From the NCBI GenBank assembly GCA_002189035.1, contig NEEC01000247.1, positions 4,710 through 68,709 on the forward strand: a DNA stretch of 64,000 nt, read 5' to 3'. Source of the stretch: Utricularia gibba (lineage: Eukaryota; Plantae; Magnoliophyta). Below are positions 24,201-37,900 of this stretch, piece by piece; positions within the stretch are counted from its first letter, which is position 1, and every line of letters starts with the position of its first letter. The notes below the pieces were generated by a model. The model made no database searches, was not told the origin of the DNA, and saw only the letters and a program-made list of their open reading frames with translations. The translations under genes and the position numbers were made by a program.

Positions 24201-27200
24201 TTTTTTTCCCGGGCTACAAATGACTATGGGCCCGATTTCGACCTCCGCCAGATCCTAGTGCCCCTCGAGAGCGCCTCCTCAAATAAAAAGTATGTGGTTG
24301 GAAAACCATTTGGGGTGCTCATGACATCCTAACTTCAATAAATGCATCACGATTTTCGTTGAATAGGACCCGATTGGGCGCAGGAGTCGAACCGAACCTT
24401 GGGTCCGGATGAACTTCCCAACGAAAGCACCCACCCAAAAACACAAGCTTTTCCTTCAGAAACATGTAAGCAGCTGCCGAAAACCCAACGTTAATAAATG
24501 GATCACTTTTTTTCCGGGCTACAAATGACTATGGGCCCGAGCCGACAACCTCCGCCCGATCCTGGTGCCCCTCGAGAGCGCCTCCTCAAATATAAAGCTT
24601 GTGGATGAGAAAACCATTTGGGGTGCTCATGACATCCTAACTTCAATAAATGCATCACGATTTTCGTCGAATAGGACCCGATTGGGCTCAGGAGTCGAAC
24701 AGAACCTTGGGTCCGGATGAACTTCCCAACGAAAGCACCCACCAAAAACGACAAGCTTTTCCTTCAGAAACAATGTAGGCAGCTGCCGAAAACCCAACGT
24801 TAATAAATGGATCACTTTTTTTGCCGGGCTACAAATGACTATGGGCCCGATTTCGACAAGACCTCCGGCCAGATCCTAGTGCCCCTCGAGAGCGCCTCCT
24901 CAAATAAAAGTATGTGGTTGGAAAACCATTTGGGGTGCTCATGACATCCTAACTTCAATAAATGCATCACGATTTTCGTTGAATAGGACCCGATTGGGCG
25001 CAGGAGTCGAACCGAACCTTGGGTCCGGATGAACTTCCCAACGAAAGCACCCACCCAAAAACGACAAGCTTTTCCTTCAGAAACAATGTAGGCAGCTGCC
25101 GAAAACCCAACGTTAATAAATGGATCACTTTTTTTGCCGGGCTACAAATGACTATGGGCCCGATTTCGACAAGACCTCCGGCCAGATCCTGTGCCCCTCG
25201 AGAGCGCCTCCTCAAATAAAAAGTTGTGGATGGAAAACCATTTGGGGTGCTCATGACATCCTAACTTCAATAAATGCATCACGATTTTCGTTGAATAGGA
25301 CCCGATTGGGCGCAGGAGTCGAACCGAACCTTGGGTCCGGATGAACTTCCCAACGAAAGCACCCACCCAAAAACGACAAGCTTTTCCTTCAGAAACAATG
25401 TAGCAGCTGCCGAAAACCCAACGTTAATAAATGGGATCACTTTTTTTCCCGGGCTACAAATGACTATGGGCCCGAGCCCGACCCGACCTCCGGCCCGATC
25501 CTGGTGCCCCTCGAGAGCGCCTCCTCAAATATAAAGCTTGTGGATGAGAAAACCATTTGGGGTGCTCATGACATCCTAACTTCAATAAATGCATCACGAT
25601 TTTCGTCGAATAGGACCCGATTGGGCTCAGGAGTCGAACAGAACCTTGGGTCCGGATGAACTTCCCAACGAAAGCACCCACCCAAAAACGACAAGCTTTT
25701 CCTTCAGAAACAATGTAGGCAGCTGCCGAAAACCCAACGTTAATAAATGGATCACTTTTTTTGCCGGGCTACAAATGACTATGGGCCCGATTTCGACAAG
25801 ACCTCCGGCCAGATCCTAGTGCCCCTCGAGAGCGCCTCCTCAAAAAAAAGTATGTGGTTGGAAAAACCATTTGGGGTGCTCATGACATCCTAACTTCAAT
25901 AAATGCATCACGATTTTCGTCGAATAGGACCCGATCGGCAGGAGTCGAACGAACCTTGGGTCGGATGAACTTCCCAACGAAAGCACCCACCAAAAAACGA
26001 CAAGCTTTTCCTTCAGAAACAATGTAGGCAGCTGCCGAAAACCCAACGTTAATAAATGGATCACTTTTTTTGCCGGGCTACAAATGACTATGGGCCCGAT
26101 TTCGACAAGACCTCCGGCCAGATCCTAGTGCCCCTCGAGAGCGCCTCCTCAAAAAAAGTATGTGGTTGGAAAACCATTTGGGGTGCTCATGACATCCTAA
26201 CTTCAATAAATGCATCACGATTTTCGTTGAATAGGACCCGATTGGGCGCAGGAGTCGAACCGAACCTTGGGTCCGGATGAACTTCCCAACGAAAGCACCC
26301 ACCAAAAACGACAAGCTTTTCCTTCAGAAACAATGTAGGCAGCTGCCGAAAACCCAACGTTAATAAATGGATCACTTTTTTTTGGGCTACAAATGACTAT
26401 GGGCCCGATGACAAGACCTCCGCCAGATCCTAGTGCCCCTCGAGAGCGCCTCCTCAAATAAAAAGTTGTGGATGAAAAAACCATTTGGGGTGCTCATGAC
26501 ATCCTAACAATAAATGCATCACGATTTTCGTTGAATAGGACCCGATGGGCGCAGGAGTCGAACCGAACCTTGGGTCCGGATGAACTTCCCAACGAAAGCA
26601 CCCACCCAAAACGACAAGCTTTCCTTCAGAAACATGTAGCAGCTGCCGAAAACCCAACGTTAATAAATGGATCACTTTTTTTCCCCGGGCTACAAATGAC
26701 TATGGGCCGAGCCCGACAAACCTCCGCCCGATCCTGGTGCCCCTCGAGAGCGCCTCCTCAAATATAAAAGCTTGTGGATGAGAAAACCATTTGGGGTGCT
26801 CATGACATCCTAACTTCAATAAATGCATCACGATTTTCGTTGAATAGGACCCGATTGGGCTCAGGAGTCGAACCGAACCTTGGGTCCGGATGAATTCCCA
26901 ACGAAAGCACCCACCCAAAAACGACAAGCTTTTCCTTCAGAAACAATGTAGGCAGCTGCCGAAAACCCAACGTTAATAAATGGATCACTTTTTTTGCCGG
27001 GCTACAAATGACTATGGGCCCGATTTCGACAAGACCTCCGGCCAGATCCTAGTGCCCCGAGAGCGCCTCCTCAAATAAAAAGTATGTGGTTGAAAACCAT
27101 TTGGGGTGCTCATGACATCCTAACTTCAATAAATGCATCACGATTTTCGTCGAATAGGACCCGATTGGCTCAGGAGTCGAACGAACCTTGGGTCGGATGA

Positions 27201-28126
27201 ACTTCCCAACGAAAGCACCCACCCAAAACGACAAGCTTTTCCTTCAGAAACAATGTAGGCAGCTGCCGAAAACCCAACGTTAATAAATGGATCACTTTTT
27301 TTGCCGGGCTACAAATGACTATGGGCCCGATTTCGACAAGACCTCCGGCCAGATCCTAGTGCCCTCGAGAGCGCCTCCTCAAATAAAAGTATGTGGTTGG
27401 AAAACCATTTGGGGTGCTCATGACATCCTAACTTCAATAAATGCATCACGATTTTCGTTGAATAGGACCCGATTGGGCGCAGGAGTCGAACCGAACCTTG
27501 GGTCCGGATGAACTTCCCAACGAAAGCACCCACCCAAAAACGACAAGCTTTTCCTTCAGAAACATGTAGGCAGCTGCCGAAAACCCAACGTTAATAAATG
27601 GATCACTTTTTTTCCCGGGCTACAAATGACTATGGGCCCGAGCCCGACCCGACCTCCGGCCCGATCCTGGTGCCCCTCGAGAGCGCCTCCTCAAATATAA
27701 AGCTTGTGGATGAGAAAACCATTTGGGGTGCTCATGACATCCTAACTTCAATAAATGCATCACGATTTTCGTCGAATAGGACCCGATCGGGCTCAGGAGT
27801 CGAACAGAACCTTGGGTCGGATGAACTTCCCAACGAAAGCACCCACCCAAAAACGACAAGCTTTTCCTTCAGAAACAATGTAGGCAGCTGCCGAAAACCC
27901 AACGTTAATAAATGGATCACTTTTTTTGCCGGGCTACAAATGACTATGGGCCCGATTTCGACAAGACCTCGGCCAGATCCTAGTGCCCCTCGAGAGCGCC
28001 TCCTCAAATAAAAAGTTGTGGTTGGAAAACCATTTGGGGTGCTCATGACATCCTAACTTCAATAAATGCATCACGATTTTTGAATAGGACCCGATTGGGC
28101 GCAGGAGTCGAACCGAACCTTGGGTC

Positions 28127-28440
28127 CGGATGAACTTCCCAACGAAAGCACCCACCCAAAAACGACAAGCTTTTCCTTCAGAAACAATGTAGGCAGCTGC
28201 CGAAAACCCAACGTTAATAAATGGATCACTTTTTTTGCCGGGCTACAAATGACTATGGGCCCGATTTCGACCCGACCTCCGGCCAGATCCTAGTGCCCCT
28301 CGAGAGCGCCTCCTCAAATAAAAAGTATGTGGTTGGAAAACCATTTGGGGTGCTCATGACATCCTAACTTCAATAAATGCATCACGATTTTCGTCGAATA
28401 GGACCCGATTGGGCGCAGGAGTCGAACCGAACCTTGGGTC
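28127..28440 (+). repeat. Representative full-length monomer (314 bp)
   Basis: Consecutive cggatgaac anchors at 28127 and 28441; another copy spans 25026-25337 (312 bp). Confidence 0.9.
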
Positions 28441-28999
28441 CGGATGAACTTCCCAACGAAAGCACCCACCCAAAAACGACAAGCTTTTCCTTCAGAAACA
28501 ATGTAGGCAGCTGCCGAAAACCCAACGTTAATAAATGGATCACTTTTTTTGCCGGGCTACAAATGACTATGGGCCCGAGCCGACAGACCTCCGGCCCGAT
28601 CCTGTGCCCCTCGAGAGCGCCTCCTCAAATATAAAGCTTGTGGATGAGAAAACCATTTGGGGTGCTCATGACATCCTAACTTCAATAAATGCATCACGAT
28701 TTTCGTCGAATAGGACCCGATTGGGCTCAGGAGTCGAACCGAACCTTGGGTCCGGATGAACTTCCCAACGAAAGCACCCACCCAAAAACGACAAGCTTTT
28801 CCTTCAGAAACAATGTAGGCAGCTGCCGAAAACCCAACGTTAATAAATGGATCACTTTTTTTGCCGGGCTACAAATGACTATGGGCCCGATTTCGACAAG
28901 ACCTCCGGCCAGATCCTAGTGCCCCTCGAGAGCGCCTCCTCAAATAAAAAAGTTGTGGTTGGAAAACCATTTGGGGTGCTCATGACATCCTAACTTCAA

Positions 29000-31900
29000 T
29001 AAATGCATCACGATTTTCGTTGAATAGGACCCGATGGGCAGGAGTCGAACCGAACCTTGGGTCCGGATGAACTTCCCAACGAAAGCACCCACCCAAAAAC
29101 GACAAGCTTTTCCTTCAGAAACATGTAGGCAGCTGCCGAAAACCCAACGTTAATAAATGGATCACTTTTTTCCGGGCTACAAATGACTATGGGCCCGAGC
29201 CCGACCGACCTCCGGCCCGATCCTGGTGCCCTCGAGAGCGCCTCCTCAAATATAAAGTTGTGTGAGAAAACCATTTGGGGTGCTCATGACATCCTAACTT
29301 CAATAAATGCATCACGATTTTCGTCGAATAGGACCCGATTGGGCTCAGGAGTCGAACAGAACCTTGGGTCCGGATGAACTTCCCAACGAAAGCACCCACC
29401 CAAAAACGACAAGCTTTTCCTTCAGAAACAATGTAGGCAGCTGCCGAAAACCCAACGTTAATAAATGGATCACTTTTTTTTCCCGGGCTACAAATGACTA
29501 TGGCCCGAGCGACGACCTCCGGCCAGATCCTGGCCCCTCGAGAGCCTCCTCAAATAAAAATTGTGGTTGGAAAACCATTTGGGGTGCTCATGACATCCTA
29601 ACTTCAATAAATGCATCACGATTTTCGTCGAATAGGACCCGATTGGCTCAGGAGTCGAACAGAAACCTTGGGTCGGATGAACTTCCCAACGAAAGCACCA
29701 CCCAAAAACGACAAGCTTTTCCTTCAGAAACAATGTAGGCAGCTGCCGAAAACCCAACGTTAATAAATGGATCACTTTTTTTGCCGGGCTACAAATGACT
29801 ATGGGCCCGCCGACCGACCTCCGCCCGATCCTAGTGCCCCTCGAGAGCGCCTCCTCAAATAAAAAGCTTGTGGTTGAGAAAACCATTTGGGTGCTCATGA
29901 CATCCTAACTTCAATAAATGCATCACGATTTTCGTTGAATAGGACCCGATTGGGCTCAGGAGTCGAACCGAACCTTGGGTCCGGAACTTCCCAACGAAAG
30001 CACCCCACCAAAAACGACAAGCTTTTCCTTCAGAAACCATGTAAGCAGCTGCCGAAAACCCAACGTTAATAAATGGATCACTTTTTTTCCCGGGCTACAA
30101 ATGACTATGGGCCCGAGCCCGACCCGACCTCCGGCCCGATCCTGGTGCCCCTCGAGAGCGCCTCCTCAAATATAAAGCTTGTGGATGAGAAAACCATTTG
30201 GGGTGCTCATGACATCCTAACTTCAATAAATGCATCACGATTTTCGTCGAATAGGACCCGATTGGGCTCAGGAGTCGAACCGAACCTTGGGTCCGGATGA
30301 ACTTCCAACGAAAGCACCCACCCAAAAACGACAAGCTTTTCCTTCAGAAACCATGTAGGCAGCTGCCGAAAACCCAACGTTAATAAATGGATCACTTTTT
30401 TGCCGGGCTACAAATGACTATGGGCCCGAGACCGACCTCCGGCCGATCCTAGTGCCCCTCGAGAGCGCCTCCTCAAATAAAAAGCTTGTGGTTGAGAAAA
30501 CCATTTGGGGTGCTCATGACATCCTAACTTCAATAAATGCATCACGATTTTCGTCGAATAGGACCCGATGGGCTCAGGAGTCGAACCGAACCTTGGGTCC
30601 GGATGAACTTCCCAACGAAAGCACCCACCAAAAACGACAAGCTTTTCCTTCAGAAACAATGTAGGCAGCTGCCGAAAACCCAACGTTAATAAATGGATCA
30701 CTTTTTTTGCCGGGCTACAAATGACTATGGGCCCGACGACCGACCTCCGGCCCGATCCTGGTGCCCCTCGAGAGCGCCTCCTCAAATAAAAAGCTTGTGG
30801 ATGAGAAAACCATTTGGGGTGCTCATGACATCCTAACTTCAATAAATGCATCACGATTTTCGTCGAATAGGACCCGATTGGGCTCAGGAGTCGAACCGAA
30901 CCTTGGGTCCGGATGAACTTCCCAACGAAAGCACCCACCCAAAAACGACAAGCTTTTCCTTCAGAAACAATGTAGGCAGCTGCCGAAAACCCAACGTTAA
31001 TAAATGGATCACTTTTTTTTCCGGGCTACAAATGACTATGGGCCCGATTTCGACCGACCTCCGGCCAATCCTAGTGCCCCTCGAGAGCGCCTCCTCAAAT
31101 AAAAAGTTGTGGTTGAGAAAACCATTTGGGGTGCTCATGACATCCTAACTTCAATAAATGCATCACGATTTTCGTCGAATAGGACCCGATTGGGCTCAGG
31201 AGTCGAACCGAACCTTGGGTCCGGATGAACTTCCCAAGAAAGCACCCACCAAAAACGACAAGCTTTTCCTTCAGAAACCATGTAAGCAGCTGCCGAAAAC
31301 CCAACGTTAATAAATGGATCACTTTTTTTTCCCGGGCTACAAATGACTATGGGCCCGAGCCCGACCGACCTCCGCCCGATCCTGGTGCCCCTCGAGAGCG
31401 CCTCCTCAAATATAAAGCGAAAACCATTTGGGTGCTCAAACATCAATAAATGCATCACGATTTTCGTCGAATAGGACCCGATTGGGCTCAGAGTCGAACG
31501 AACCTTGGGTCCGGATGAACTTCCCAACGAAAGCACCCACCCAAAAACGACAACTTTTCCTTCAGAAACATGTAGGCAGCTGCCGAAAACCCAACGTTAA
31601 TAAATGATCACTTTTTTTGCCGGGCTACAAATGACTATGGGCCCGACGACGACCTCCGGCCGATCCTAGTGCCCCTCGAGAGCGCCTCCTCAAATATAAA
31701 GCTTGTGGTTGAGAAAACCATTTGGGGTGCTCATGACATCCTAACTTCAATAAATGCATCACGATTTTCGTCGAATAGGACCCGATTGGGCAGGAGTCGA
31801 AAGAACCTTGGGTCCGGATGAACTTCCCAAAAGCACCCAAAAAAACGACAAGCTTTTCCTTAGAAACATGTAGGCAGCCGAAAACCCAACGTTAAATGGA

Positions 31901-34900
31901 TCTTTTTTTGCCGGGCTACAAATGACTATGGGCCCGACGGACCTCTCCTGCCCCTCGAGAGCCTCCTCAAATAAAAGTTGTGGTTGAGAAAACCATTTGG
32001 GGTGCTCATGACATCCTAACTTCAATAAATGCATCACGATTTTCGTCGAATAGGACCCGATTGGGCTCAGGAGTCGAACCGAACCTTGGGTCGGATGAAC
32101 TTCCCAACGAAAGCACCCAACCAAAAACGACAAGCTTTTCCTTCAGAAACCATGTAGGCAGCTGCCGAAAACCCAACGTTAATAAATGGATCACTTTTTT
32201 TGCCGGGCTACAAATGACTATGGGCCCGAGCCCGACCCGACCTCCGGCCCGATCCTGGTGCCCCTCGAGAGCGCCTCCTCAAATATAAAGCTTGTGGATG
32301 AGAAAACCATTTGGGTGCTCATGACATCCTAACTTCAATAAATGCATCACGATTTTCGTCGAATAGGACCCGATTGGGCTCAGGAGTCGAACGAACTTGG
32401 GTCCGGATGAACTTCCCAACAAAGCACCACCCAAAAACGACAAGCTTTCCTTCAGAAACCATGTAGCAGCTGCCGAAAACCCAACGTTAATAAATGGATC
32501 ACTTTTTTTGCCGGGCTACAAATGACTATGGGCCCGAGTTCGACCGACCTCCGGCCCGATCCTAGTGCCCCTCGAGAGCGCCTCCTCAAATAAAAGCATG
32601 TGGTTGAGAAAACCATTTGGGTGCTCATGACATCCTAACTTCAATAAATGCATCACGATTTTCGTCGAATAGGACCCGATTGGGCTCAGGAGTCGAACCG
32701 AACCTTGGGTCCGGATGAACTTCCCAACGAAAGCACCCACCCAAAAACGACAAGCTTTTCCTTCAGAAACATGTAGGCAGCTGCCGAAAACCCAACGTTA
32801 ATAAATGGATCACTTTTTTTTCCGGGCTACAAATGACTATGGGCCCGAGTTCGACGACCTCCGGCCGATCCTAGTGCCCTCGAGAGCGCCTCCTCAAATA
32901 AAAAGCTTGTGGTTGGAAAAACCATTTGGGGTGCTCATGACATCCTAACTTCAATAAATGCATCACGATTTTCGTCGAATAGGACCCGATTGGGCTCAGG
33001 AGTCGAACCGAACCTTGGGTCCGGATGAACTTCCCAACGAAAGCACCCCCAAAAAACGACAAGCTTTTCCTTCAGAAACCATGTAGGCAGCTGCCGAAAA
33101 CCCAACGTTAATAAATGGATCACTTTTTTTCCCGGGCTACAAATGACTATGGGCCCGAGCCCGACCCGACCTCCGGCCCGATCCTGGTGCCCCTCGAGAG
33201 CGCCTCCTCAAATATAAAGCTTGTGGATGAGAAAACCATTTGGGGTGCTCATGACATCCTAACTTCAATAAATGCATCACGATTTTCGTCGAATAGGACC
33301 CGATGGGCTCAGGAGTCGAACGAACCTTGGGTCCGGATGAACTTCCCAACGAAAGCACCCACCAAAAACGACAAGCTTTTCCTTCAGAAACAATGTAGGC
33401 AGCTGCCGAAAACCCAACGTTAATAAATGGATCACTTTTTTTGCCGGGCTACAAATGACTATGGGCCCGACCGACCGACCTCCGGCCGATCCTAGTGCCC
33501 CTCGAGAGCGCCTCCTCAAATAAAAAGTGTGGAAAACCATTTGGGGTGCTCATGACATCCTAACTTCAATAAATGCATCACGATTTTCGTCGAATAGGAC
33601 CCGATTGGCAGGAGTCGAACGAACCTTGGGTCCGGATGAACTTCCCAACGAAAGCACCCAAAAAACGACAAGCTTTTCCTTCAGAAACAATGTAGGCAGC
33701 TGCCGAAAACCCAACGTTAATAAATGGATCACTTTTTTTGCCGGGCTACAAATGACTATGGGCCCGATCGACGACCTCCGGCCGATCCTAGTGCCCCTCG
33801 AGAGCGCCTCCTCAAATAAAAAGCTTGTGGTTGAGAAAACCCATTTTGCTCATGACATCCTAACTTCAATAAATGCATCACGATTTTCGTCGAATAGGAC
33901 CCGATTGGCTCAGGAGTCGAACCGAACCTTGGGTCCGGATGAACTTCCCAACGAAAGCACCCACCCAAAAACGACAAGCTTTTCCTTCAGAAACCATGTA
34001 AGCAGCTGCCGAAAACCCAACGTTAATAAATGGATCACTTTTTTTGCCGGGCTACAAATGACTATGGGCCGAGCCCGACCCGACCTCCGGCCCGATCCTG
34101 GTGCCCCTCGAGAGCGCCTCTCAAATATAAAGCTTGTGGATGAGAAAACCATTTGGGGTGCTCATGACATCCTAACTTCAATAAATGCATCACGATTTTC
34201 GTCGAATAGGACCCGATTGGCTCAGGAGTCGAACGAACCTTGGGTCCGGATGAACTTCCCAACGAAAGCACCACCCAAAAACGACAAGCTTTTCCTTCAG
34301 AAACATGTAGGCAGCTGCCGAAAACCCAACGTTAATAAATGGATCACTTTTTTTGCCGGGCTACAAATGACTATGGGCCCGAGCCCGACCCGACCTCCGG
34401 CCGATCCTGGTGCCCCTCGAGAGCGCCTCCTCAAATATAAAGTTGTGGTGAGAAAACCATTTGGGGTGCTCATGACATCCTAACTTCAATAAATGCATCA
34501 CGATTTTCGTCGAATAGGACCCGATTGGGCTCAGGAGTCGAACCGAACCTTGGGTCCGGATGAACTTCCCAACGAAAGCACCCCCAAAAACGACAAGCTT
34601 TTCCTTCAGAAACATGTAGGCAGCTGCCGAAAACCCAACGTTAATAAATGGATCACTTTTTTTGCCGGGCTACAAATGACTATGGGCCGAGCCCGACCCG
34701 ACCTCCGGCCGATCCTAGTGCCCCTCGAGAGCGCCTCCTCAAATATAAAGTTGTGGTGGAAAACCATTTGGGGTGCTCATGACATCCTAACTTCAATAAA
34801 TGCATCACGATTTTCCGAATAGGACCCGATTGGGCTCAGGAGTCGAACCGAACCTTGGGTCCGGATGAACTTCCCAACGAAAGCACCCACCCAAAAACGA

Positions 34901-37900
34901 CAAGCTTTTCCTTCAGAAACCATGTAGGCAGCTGCCGAAAACCCAACGTTAATAAATGGATCACTTTTTTCCCGGGCTACAAATGACTATGGGCCCGAGC
35001 CCGACCCGACCTCCGGCCCGATCCTGGTGCCCCTCGAGAGCGCCTCCTCAAATATAAAGCTTGTGGATGAGAAAACCATTTGGGTGCTCATGACATCCTA
35101 ACTTCAATAAATGCATCACGATTTTCGTCGAATAGGACCCGATTGGGCTCAGGAGTCGAACGAACCTTGGGTCCGGATGAACTTCCCAACGAAAGCACCC
35201 ACCAAAAACGACAAGCTTTTCCTTCAGAAACAATGTAGGCAGCTGCCGAAAACCCAACGTTAATAAATGGATCACTTTTTTTGCCGGGCTACAAATGACT
35301 ATGGGCCCGACCGACGACCTCCGGCCGATCCTGCCCCTCGAGAGCGCCTCCTCAAATATAAAGTTGTGGTTGAGAAAACCATTTGGGGTGCTCATGACAT
35401 CCTAACTTCAATAAATGCATCACGATTTTCGTCGAATAGGACCCGATTGGGCTCAGGAGTCGAACCGAACCTTGGGTCCGGATGAACTTCCCAACGAAAG
35501 CACCCACCAAAAACGACAAGCTTTTCCTTCAGAAACATGTAGGCAGCTGCCGAAAACCCAACGTTAATAAATGGATCACTTTTTTTGCCGGGCTACAAAT
35601 GACTATGGGCCCGAGCCCGACCCGACCTCCGGCCGATCCTGGTGCCCCTCGAGAGCGCCTCCTCAAATATAAAGCTTGTGGATGAAAACCATTTGGGGTG
35701 CTCATGACATCCTAACTTCAATAAATGCATCACGATTTTCGTCGAATAGGACCCGATTGGCTCAGGAGTCGAACCGAACCTTGGTCCGGATGAACTTCCC
35801 AACGAAAGCACCCCCAAAAACGACAAGCTTTTCCTTCAGAAAACATGTAGGCAGCTGCCGAAAAACCAACGTTATAAATGGATCACTTTTTTTGCCGGGC
35901 TACAAATGACTATGGGCCCGCCGACCGACCTCCGGCCCGATCCTAGTGCCCCTCGAGAGCGCCTCCTCAAATAAAAAGTTGTGGTTGAGAAAACCATTTG
36001 GGGTGCTCATGACATCCTAACTTCAATAAATGCATCACGATTTTCGTTGAATAGGACCCGATTGGGCTCAGGAGTCGAACCGAACCTTGGGTCCGGATGA
36101 ACTTCCCAACGAAAGCACCCACCCAAAAACGACAAGCTTTTCCTTCAGAAACCATGTAGCAGCTGCCGAAAACCCAACGTTAATAAATGGATCACTTTTT
36201 TGCCGGGCTACAAATGACTATGGGCCCGAGCCCGACCCGACCTCCGGCCCGATCCTAGTGCCCCTCGAGAGCGCCTCTCAAATATAAAGCTTGTGGATGA
36301 GAAAACCATTTGGGGTGCTCATGACATCCTAACTTCAATAAATGCATCACGATTTTCGTCGAATAGGACCCGATTGGGCTCAGGAGTCGAACCGAACCTT
36401 GGGTCCGGATGAACTTCCCAACGAAAGCACCCACCAAAAACGACAAGCTTTTCCTTCAGAAACCATGTAGGCAGCTGCCGAAAACCCAACGTTAATAAAT
36501 GGATCACTTTTTTTTTGCCGGGCTACAAATGACTATGGGCCCGAGCCCGACCCGACCTCCGGCCCGATCCTGGTGCCCCTCGAGAGCGCCTCCTCAAATA
36601 TAAAGCTTGTGGATGAGAAACCATTTGGGGTGCTCATGACATCCTAACTTTCAATAAATGCATCACGATTTTCGTCGAATAGGACCCGATGGGCTCAGGA
36701 GTCGAACGAACCTTGGGTCCGGATGAACTTCCAACGAAAGCACCCACCAAAAACGACAAGCTTTTCCTTCAGAAACAATGTAGGCAGCTGCCGAAAACCC
36801 AACGTTAATAAATGGATCACTTTTTTTGCCGGGCTACAAATGACTATGGGCCCGAGCCCGACCGACCTCCGGCCGATCCTAGTGCCCCTCGAGAGCGCCT
36901 CCTCAAATAAAAAGTTGTGGTTGGAAAACCATTTGGGGTGCTCATGACATCCTAACTTCAATAAATGCATCACGATTTTCGTCGAATAGGACCCGATTGG
37001 GCTCAGGAGTCGAACCGAACCTTGGGTCCGGATGAACTTCCCAACGAAAGCACCCCACAAAAACGACAAGCTTTTCCTTCAGAAACCATGTAGGCAGCTG
37101 CCGAAAACCCAACGTTAATAAATGGATCACTTTTTTTGCCGGGCTACAAATGACTATGGGCCGAGCCCGACCCGACCTCCGGCCGATCCTGGTGCCCTCG
37201 AGAGCGCCTCCTCAAATAAAAAGCTTGTGGTTGAAAACCATTTGGGGTGCTCATGACATCCTAACTTCAATAAATGCATCACGATTTTCGTCGAATAGGA
37301 CCCGATTGGCTCAGGAGTCGAACCGAACCTTGGGTCCGGATGAACTTCCCAACGAAAGCACCCACCCAAAAACGACAAGCTTTTCCTTCAGAAACCATGT
37401 AGGCAGCTGCCGAAAACCCAACGTTAATAAATGGATCATTTTTTCCCGGGCTACAAATGACTATGGGCCCGAGCCCGACCGACCTCCGGCCCGATCCTGG
37501 TGCCCCTCGAGAGCGCCTCCTCAAATATAAAGCTTGTGGATGAGAAAACCATTTGGGGTGCTCATGACATCCTAACTTCAATAAATGCATCACGATTTTC
37601 GTCGAATAGGACCCGATTGGGCTCAGGAGTCGAACGAACCTTGGGTCCGGATGAACTTCCCAACGAAAGCACCCACCCAAAAACGACAAGCTTTTCCTTC
37701 AGAAACAATGTAGGCAGCTGCCGAAAACCCAACGTTAATAAATGGATCACTTTTTTTGCCGGGCTACAAATGACTATGGGCCGATTCGACCGACCTCCGG
37801 CCGATCCTAGTGCCCTCGAGAGCGCCTCCTCAAATAAAAAGTTGTGGTGAGAAAACCATTTGGGTGCTCATGACATCCTAACTTCAATAAATGCATCACG

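Larger units (their letters stand above)
1..29000. repeat. Array domain 1: T-type monomers (gatttcgacaag / ctagtg / aaaaagtatgtggttgg) interspersed with G-type monomers (gagcccgacccg / ctggtg / atataaagcttgtggatgag), mainly as 3-mer HORs
   Basis: G-type marker near 493, 1415, 2961, 3871, 5105, 6025, 6935, 7865, 9101, 10035, 11911, 12845 and 23670, 24590, 25530, 26765, 27700, 28630. Spacings are mostly 3 monomers, sometimes 4-6. Confidence 0.8.

Noticed and set aside
33527-34483. Longest ORF (318 aa) and other long ORFs such as 6370-7101 and 59670-60299
   Set aside because: The translation is the same monomer peptides (KTIWGAHDILTSINASRF, GPDELPNESTHPK, CRKPNVNKWITFF) repeated and joined by 1-bp indels that skip stops. 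There is no recognisable domain, and the frame is not conserved between copies.
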